Origin: the human T2T-CHM13v2.0 reference genome, Homo sapiens
Assembly: GCF_009914755.1 (NCBI RefSeq)
Contig: NC_060943.1
Direction: 5' to 3' (one strand)
Length of the DNA: 64,000 nucleotides
Shown: positions 1 to 64,000 of the stretch, piece after piece
Layout: each line of letters opens with the position of its first letter
Position numbering within the stretch: the stretch's first letter is position 1
The notes under the pieces: generated by a model
Database searches by the model: none
What the model saw: only the letters and a program-made list of their open reading frames with translations
What the model was told of the DNA's origin: nothing
Translations under genes and position numbers: made by a program

Positions 1-1276
<1,276 letters not shown>

Positions 1277-1529
1277 GCCCCGCCAGGACTATGCTCCCAG
1301 GCCCCTCTGCCCAGGGGTGCCTTGGGGATGCTGCACTGGGCAGCTACCCACCTGGGGATGGGACGTGAGGCCAAGACCCCAGCAGAGATGCCAGAATGGG
1401 GGAGGCACAGCTCATAGCCACACACCCAGGGCCTGACTGAGGCCCACGCAGGAACCGACACTCAGACACAAGGCAAAGAGGGCCACAGGACCCGGGAAAT
1501 ACACACAGAGCCAGGAGCAGAAGCAAAGA

Positions 1530-2165
1530 GCAGACACACATACAGCCTGAAACAGACCTGGACAGACAGACACAGCCTGAAACAGACCCGGACAGACAGA
1601 CACAGCCTGAAACAGACCCAGACAAACAGACAGACAGACACAGCCTGAAACAGACCCAGACAGACAGACAGACAGCCTGAAACAGACCCAGACACAGCCT
1701 GAAACAGATCCGGACAGACAGACAGAAACAGCCTGAAACAGACCCAGACAGACAGACAGACACAGCCTGAAACAGACCCGGACAGACAGACAGACACAGC
1801 CTGAAACAGACCCGGACAGACAGACAGACACAGCCTGAAACAGACCCGGACAGACAGACAGACACAGCCTGAAACAGACCTAGACAGACAGACACAGATT
1901 GAAACAGACCCAGACAAACAGACAGACACAGCCTGAAACAGACCCAGACACAGCCTGAAACAGACCCGGACAGACAGACAGACACAGCCTGAAACAGACC
2001 CAGACAGACAGACAGACACAGCCTGAAACAGACCCAGACAGACAGACCGACGCAGCCTGAAAGAGACCCAGACAGAGAGACAGGCAGACACAGCCTAAAA
2101 CAGACCTGGACAGACAGGCAGACGTAGTCTGAAACAGACCTGAACAGACAGACAGACGCACACAC
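1530..2165 (+). repeat. Minisatellite in CREB3L3 3' UTR; about 19-20 units of CAGCCTGAAACAGACCYRGA(CAGA)nCA, 22-38 bp
   Basis: Invariant core cctgaaacagac recurs with a variable number of CAGA. Confidence 0.95.
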
Positions 2166-2229
2166 ACAACAGATGCGCAGCAACTCCCCGCCCAGGGACC
2201 CCTCCCGGCCTCCCTCGCACACTGGGAGG

Positions 2230-2810
2230 AGGAAGCCGCCGAGACTGCAGGGAGCCTGGCCCCGGAGCCCCGGGTGCGCCCTGGTCTTTGGAGCAGCCAC
2301 GGCCCACAATCACCCCCCTTTTCTAAGACTGCCTGATCCGAAATAAAGTATTTTGACAGAACCTTGTTTTGGTGTGGAGGCGGAGTCTGGGGCTCCTCGA
2401 CTCCCCAGAAGGAGGGGCTGGGCCAGCCTGGGATGGGTGAGTGAGGTGTGGGCTCCACACCCCCGCCAGATGCCCGCGCTGGAGCAGCGGAGGGAGAGGC
2501 GCCGGGCACGACTTCAGCACCTTGGAGAGCGGCGGCGGGCGGAGTGCGGGGAGGCAGGCGTGGCGCTTCCAAGGTGTCCCCTCCGGAGTTGCGGGGAAGG
2601 CAGCTGCCTTCCCGGGGATCTGGGCGGCCCACCCTGCTCATTTTGCGGGCGAGGACACCGAGGCGTCGGAAGTGGAGGGACTGCCTAAGGTCACAGCTGG
2701 GGAGAGTGGAACCCGGCTGCTCCTGCGCTCGTCTGTGGGGTCGCCCCCACTGCGGGCTGTGCGCGCCTGCCCGGGCGCCATCGCAAAATCGCGCCCAAAG
2801 CACAGGTGGG
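2230..2810. promoter_or_regulatory. CpG-rich island between the convergent 3' ends of CREB3L3 and SIRT6
   Basis: High CpG density; ETS-type CGGAAGTG at 2667-2674. Confidence 0.55.
2342..2347 (+). terminator. CREB3L3: CREB3L3 polyadenylation signal AATAAA
   Basis: AATAAA about 1.07 kb after the stop, followed by a T/GT-rich element (ttgttttggtgtg). Confidence 0.85.
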
Positions 2811-3106
2811 GACTCATAGCCTGGGGGTAAATGTTAAACAACAACAAAAAGCATGTGCATAAGTGTATAACTACAAACTGAGTGCTCAGAAAATGCCAGC
2901 TGCCTTATTGGCTTCATCATCAGAAAACTGGCCTGATCCCTCCAGATGGGGGGTGGGGGGAGAGGTGAGCCCTTGTTCCTCGGCCCCCAGGCTTGAGGGG
3001 CAGGGATTGCAACGGAGCCCAAGCAGCTGGTCCAGGGAGGAGGGGACCACGAACTCCTGACCCAGGGGGGCGAGGACCTGCCACAAATAGGGAATTTAAA
3101 CACTCA

Positions 3107-3508
<402 letters not shown>

Positions 3509-3923
3509 CTACTGATCCCCCACTTCAAGGTGGGTCTCCCCTCCTGCAGGGCCCATGGAGGAGGGGTAGGGTGGGCTGTAGGGGGCCCAGAAGGGAGGCC
3601 CTGGGGACAGAGGGAGTTCACTCCTGTTTAAGCTGGAGACCAGGGAGGGCCCAGCCTCACCTCTGGACAACACAGCAAGTCAGAGGCTGGGGTGTGGCAG
3701 GGGCTCAGCTGTCACCTCTGGGGTGTGGCTTCTTCCCGGAACCGCACCAGAGGCCCCTGGAGCCCAGGGAGGGACCACGGAGGGCAGGTGTAACCCCTGG
3801 CCTGGAGCACAGCTCTCAGAGCCCTGAGGCTCCCGGGGACAGAAACAAGTAACAAAGTGAGACCACGAGAGAAAAAGAATCCACAGTTTCTACAAAAAGC
3901 CCCACCCTCCCCAAGCACCCTGG

Positions 3924-12043
<8,120 letters not shown>

Positions 12044-12133
12044 GTGTTTGCGGGGCTTGGGAAGGGGCTCCCCGATGACCCGGGCGGGAAATTGGGGCGG
12101 CCGCCTACGTGAGAGTTCTCCAGTCACCTCTAA

Positions 12134-12527
<394 letters not shown>

Positions 12528-14039
12528 TGATCTGACCGCCTCGGCCTCCCAAAGTGCTGGGATTACAGGCGTGAGCCACTGCGTCCGGCCAAGTTATCTG
12601 AGTATCATCCAACTGGAGGTTCTGCATTCTGCAGGACAGGTCCTGCTCAAGGTCAATGGGGCTGGTGGCCTGGAGGACTCATTTAAGAATCATGTGTTGA
12701 GTACCTACTTTGTACTGGGCACACTGGAGAGCAAAGGTGGTACCATCTATGCCCTGGTGGCTGCGGGTGGACACAAACATGTGACCAGGTAATGGTGACA
12801 TGGTGTGGTTGGGGTGCAATGGGTGATGCAGAGGGCACAGGGCAGTGAGGGGGCTCACAGGAGGCACCTGACCCAGGCTGGGGGCATCCGGGAGGGCTTC
12901 CTGGAGGAGGGGATGTTGCAGCAAAGATCTAAAAAGTGAGTGAGCCGGGCGCAGTGGCTCACACCTGTAATCCCAGCACTTTGGGAGGCCAAGGCAGGTG
13001 GATCACCTGAGATTGGGAGTTCGAGACCACCCTGACCAACATGGAGAAACCCCGTCTCTACTAAAAATACAAAATTAGCTGGGTGTGGTGGCCTGTAATC
13101 GCAGCTGCTCGGGAGGCTGAGGCAGGAGAATTGCTTGAACCCAGGAGGCGGAGATTGCGGTGAGCCGGAGATCGCGCCATTGCACTCCAGCCTGGGCAAC
13201 AAGCATGAAACTCCGTCTCAAAAATAAATAAATAAATAAATAAAGAGTGCATGAGTCAGGTAGAGCCGGTTGGGGTGACATGAAGTACAGAAAGAATGTT
13301 CCTGGTGGGGGGAACAGCAAGTGCAAAGGCTGAGAAAGAGGAAGAGCATGGCTCCTTCCAGAAACTGAAATCAGTCCAGTGATGATAGGGAAGATCGTGG
13401 GTGTCTTCCCGCCAGAGCCAGTTGGCCAACAGGCAGTCCGCTGCCAGCCTGTCTCCTCCCTCGGCTCATCCCCGGCCCCCTGGGGCGGCCGCCTGCTCAG
13501 AGCCGATCAGGTGTCAGAGTGGAGCGGCTGGAGCTGCTCGTGGCCCAGCTGGGAGTGGGTAACCGGAGCCGGCAGTGGGCACTGTGGCCGGGAGCTCGGG
13601 GCACTGGAGCTGCAGGAGGTAGGGGAGGAAGGAGGTGGGAGAGGCCCAGGACGGAGGATCCCCTTATGGCCCCAGGCCCCTGAGCCCTTGTATGTGGGAG
13701 AAAGAAGCCGTGCTGAGTCCTAGCCAGGCTGCGGAGCTACCCAGGTACCCTGACACACACATGCACTCGTTCACCCACGCACTTCCCACTTGCCGGCCTG
13801 TGCCCTGCCTAGCTTCCTCCAAGGCAGGTGCTCAACATCCCACCCGGCCATCAGGCCCTTCTTATTTACCATCACCTCTTCCAGCAAGCAGCTTCCTAAA
13901 TTTAGCAGGCGTTTCTCCCTCCCCCAAGCCCACGGATTGTCTTCTCCCAAGCAGCCTGTGAACTCCTCTGTTGGGTGTCTTATTACCCCCTGCTTTGGGT
14001 GTGATTGAATCCTCCAGTCAGAGGTAGAAGAAAAAAGGG

Positions 14040-14720
14040 TAGGTAGTGAGTGAATGGGCACCGGTGGAGGGGTAGATGAATGGATGGGTGGGTGGATGGA
14101 TGGGGGGCGAATAGGTGGATTGGTGGTTTGGTAGATGGGTGAATGGGTAGATGTATGGATGGATGGGTGGATGGATGAATGGGTGGGTGATTGGGCAAAT
14201 GGATGGAGGGATGGATAAGTGGATGGATGGATGGATGGAAGGATCCATGGATGGACTGGTGGGTGGGTGGATGGATGCACTGGTGGGTGGGTGGGTGGAT
14301 GGATGGATTGGTGGTTGGGTGGGTGGATGGAGGGATGGATAAGTGGATGGATGAGTGGATGGGTGGGTGGGTGGATGGGTGGATGGGTGTGTGATTGGGT
14401 GGGCAGATGGGTGGATGGATGGATGCTTGGGCAGATGGATGGATGGGTGGTTGGGTGGATGGATGAAGGGATGGATAAGTGGATGGATGGGTGGATGAGT
14501 GGATGGATGAATGGTGGGAGTTGGTAGGTGTTTGGGTGGGTGGATGGATGTGTGGGTGAAATCTGATTAAAGGGTGATGAAGAACCATGAGAACATGAAT
14601 TGGGTGGGTGGGTTTGTGGGTGGTGGCCAGTGGGTGGTTATACAGTGCTTAGGTGGGAGGATGGATGTCCAGGTGAGTGCATAGGTGGTAAATGCGTGGA
14701 AGGGTGGCTTGGAGAATTCA
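14040..14720. repeat. (GGAT/GGGT)n degenerate simple repeat
   Basis: Visible tggatggg/ggatggat runs. Confidence 0.92.
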
Positions 14721-15736
14721 CGAGTAGATAGGTGGACAGGTAGAGGCCATGCCAACCCCTACTCCTTGGTAAGAGGCAAATACAGATTCTCCATCACAGA
14801 AATCCCTTTCACACATAGGGCCTCACAGTCACACCCCTCAAAAAACACACCCCCTCAAGATAGGCCTGCCTGACCTCCGTGCCTGCCCATGCGGAACGTA
14901 GAACAGGCCCAGGTGGACAGAAGTGCACGTGTGCACACGCCCCACACTCAACGTCACACACATGCATGCAGCCATTGCCCCAGACCTCCACCCACTATGG
15001 GTGAATTGCTGTCACATGGAGGTTCCCTCTGACTATGTAGCAAACATGCCTCTGTGCTGAGAGCCGTCAGCCCTGGCTTCAGTCCCCAGGGAGCCCCTGA
15101 CTGTTGAAAAGGACAGAATCAGCCCAGACCCTTCCAGCCCATGGAGCCAGGGGTGAGGCAGAGGCAGAGACCCAGCCAGGGTAGGCGGGAACCCAATTTG
15201 GGGAGTTAGATCTCTGCTTGGGAACAAGAGGCAAAGCTGATAAGAGCAAGGGATTTTGGAACTGGGCTTTGAAGGATGAGTAGGAGTTCAGAGAAGAAAA
15301 AAGAAACCATTCTAGGCAGAAATAACTGCACAGGTAAAAGTTAGGAGACCAGAAAAGGCTTGATCTGTTTGGACCGCAGGAAATACCAGTGAGATGCATT
15401 TATGAAGCCCCTCATGTTTGGCCAGGCTCTGTGTAGGGACCATGCTGAAAACTGACCATGAGTTGGTCAAGAAAGGATCATTTCTGTCACTGTATAGATG
15501 AGGGAAGTAAAACAGAGAGGGCAAGTAAACTGCCAAAGGACACACAGCAGGTAGGAGATAGAGCAGGTCTGTGTCTTGCTCTAGGGGCCAGGACTGGTCA
15601 GGAAGGAGGAAGCGGTCCTTTTGAGGAGGGCGAGGCAACGGACCCTGCCGCCCACCAGGACTGGTGTCCCTCACCTTACCCCCACCCTTGCCCTCCTCAG
15701 GTGGCCTGTGGAGAGGAGAAACACAGGGCACCAACT

Positions 15737-53808
<38,072 letters not shown>

Positions 53809-54093
53809 GAAAGGCCAGGCCCAGTGGCTACACTGACCACACCCACGCAGGGACCTCACCCCCCTGCAGGCCCCTTGCAGACCGGCTTCACTTGGCTTCA
53901 CTTGGCCCTATCCAGGCCCATGCACTTGGAGACCAGCCTGGTTCCCTGCCCGACCACCCCCAGCTGGCTCCATCACCCCACCTGGTCTCTGCACGCACAC
54001 ACTGGTCAGTCTGGACCCGGGCCGTGACTGCCCCTCCCCCACCACCGGAGACTGTGATTCCCTGTGTCCTCCACATCCAGACGCCAGCCCAGG

Positions 54094-54099
54094 AATAAA
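54094..54099 (+). terminator. ANKRD24: ANKRD24 polyadenylation signal AATAAA
   Basis: About 290 nt after the stop. Confidence 0.85.
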
Positions 54100-54237
54100 G
54101 GCATTCTGTGCACAGGGCCAACGCGTGCCGTCTCGTTGCTGGGCTTCCACTGCGGGGAGCGGAGAGGGTGGCCCAGAAAAGGAAGCGCTCACACCCCTCC
54201 CCACCTACCCCACGCCACAAATCAGCCATCAGGATAA

Positions 54238-54786
<549 letters not shown>

Positions 54787-54882
54787 TGATCCATCCGCCT
54801 TGGCCTCCCAAAGTGCTGGGAATACAGGCATGAGCCATGGTGCCCGGCCTTTGGATAAACTCCATCTTAATGCAATATTTCA

Positions 54883-55068
<186 letters not shown>

Positions 55069-55555
55069 CTATCAAAAATACAAAAATTAGCTGGGCATGG
55101 TGGCGCGCACTTGTGGTCACAGCTACTCAGGAGGCTGAGGAGGGAGGACCGCTTGAGTGCAGCAGTTAGAGGCTGTTGCACTTCAGCCTGGGTGACAGGG
55201 CAAGACCCTGCCTCTAAAAAAAGATTTAAAAAAAAAAAAAAAGGAAAGAAAGATACTTTCCTAAATCCTAAGGCTGGCCATGGTGGAAGCCCCCTACCCC
55301 CAGCCTCTCCCTGCCCCTTGGCAACTCCCCCGAAATCCCCACAGGTTTCTTGGCATTTTTCAGCAAACAGAGGGGAGGCGGGAGTGGGAGCGGGGATCCC
55401 CGAGCCTGTCCAGCCTGCCCCTGGGGGTTTCCTTGTTCCTGGGCATCCTGATCGCTGGGATATCTGCGGTGGCAGCTGCCTCCCCTGGCCTGCGCTCCTG
55501 TGTCTCTCTCTGTCTCTCTTCTCCATGTCTCTGTCTCTCTTTTTTTTTTTTTTGA

Positions 55556-56254
<699 letters not shown>

Positions 56255-56314
56255 TGATCCGCCCGCCTCAGCCTCCCAAAGTGCTGGGATTACAGGTGTG
56301 AGCCCCCACACTCA

Positions 56315-56345
<31 letters not shown>

Positions 56346-56392
56346 GACACAGAGTCTCACTCTATCTCCCAGGCTGGAGTGCAGTGGCGTGA

Positions 56393-58470
<2,078 letters not shown>

Positions 58471-58489
58471 TCCCTGAGCCCCTGCCTGC

Positions 58490-58850
58490 CTGCCTGGGGT
58501 TTCCCCCGCTTCAGGGCAGCGGAAGGAAGGCCAGCAGGACATGCTGTGCTGGGAAAAGCCAGCAGGTCTCCACTTCTCCCTTTCACAGCCTCCTCCCCCG
58601 CCCCCACCCTCGGGGCCTTCCGAGCAGGGGTGGCCTGTGCTCCCCAGGGGGCTGGGGCTCCTCCACACCCTAATTCATCTCCCTAGCGGCCCCACGAGCC
58701 CCACCAGTGAGTCAGACCTGAAGGAAGTCGGGGAGGGGGCGGGCCTTGACCCTGGGCTGGGCTTTCCCCTGGGCAGGTCCCAAGTCCTCACCTCCCCTCT
58801 CAAGTCTCCCACGACGTTCCCACCCACTCCTGAGAGCAGAGCTGGCCGCA
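58490..58850 (+). promoter_or_regulatory. EBI3: EBI3 proximal promoter
   Basis: kappaB-type GGGGTTTCCC 58496-58505, GGGAAAAGCC 58551-58560, GGGCTTTCCC 58759-58768; AP-1 TGAGTCA 58708-58714; ETS/PU.1-type AAGGAAGT 58721-58728. Confidence 0.8.
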
Positions 58851-58853
58851 GCC

Positions 58854-64000
<5,147 letters not shown>

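Noticed and set aside
1530-2165. Repeat-spacer look resembling a CRISPR array
   Set aside because: Spacers are only variable CAGA runs, not unique sequences; eukaryotic locus with no cas genes
1344-2803. Long minus-strand ORFs (321, 209 and 307 aa) rich in CLSV repeats
   Set aside because: Translation of the 3' UTR VNTR, which lacks stops by composition; no coding signature

Overview
Human (primate) genomic DNA, GC-rich and very Alu-dense, recognisable as the chr19p13.3 CREB3L3-SIRT6-ANKRD24-EBI3 locus. It contains the last three coding exons and 3' UTR of CREB3L3 (+), all of SIRT6 (-, 8 exons, 355 aa), all of ANKRD24 (+, 21 coding exons, 1146 aa; head-to-head with SIRT6 on a shared CpG-island promoter, plus an internal CpG-island promoter) and EBI3 exons 1-3 plus the start of exon 4 (+). 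All exon boundaries were read from splice sites and the joined frames close correctly. Nearly all long ORFs in the six-frame track are Alu, simple-repeat or GC-shadow artefacts. I see no new protein-coding system. The most interesting unexplained structure is non-coding or isoform-level: three near-identical 24-mers (CTCF-like, hairpin-forming) in ANKRD24 introns; a Cys-rich alternative N-terminus and a GC-AG in-frame intron in ANKRD24; a 312-nt AG-exclusion zone before SIRT6 exon 3; mutually complementary motif arrays flanking ANKRD24 exon 6; a DRACH/CAGA-dense VNTR in the CREB3L3 3' UTR; a tandem array of L2 tails carrying sense poly(A) signals; and a kappaB-site cluster upstream of EBI3. 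All functional readings are hypotheses.
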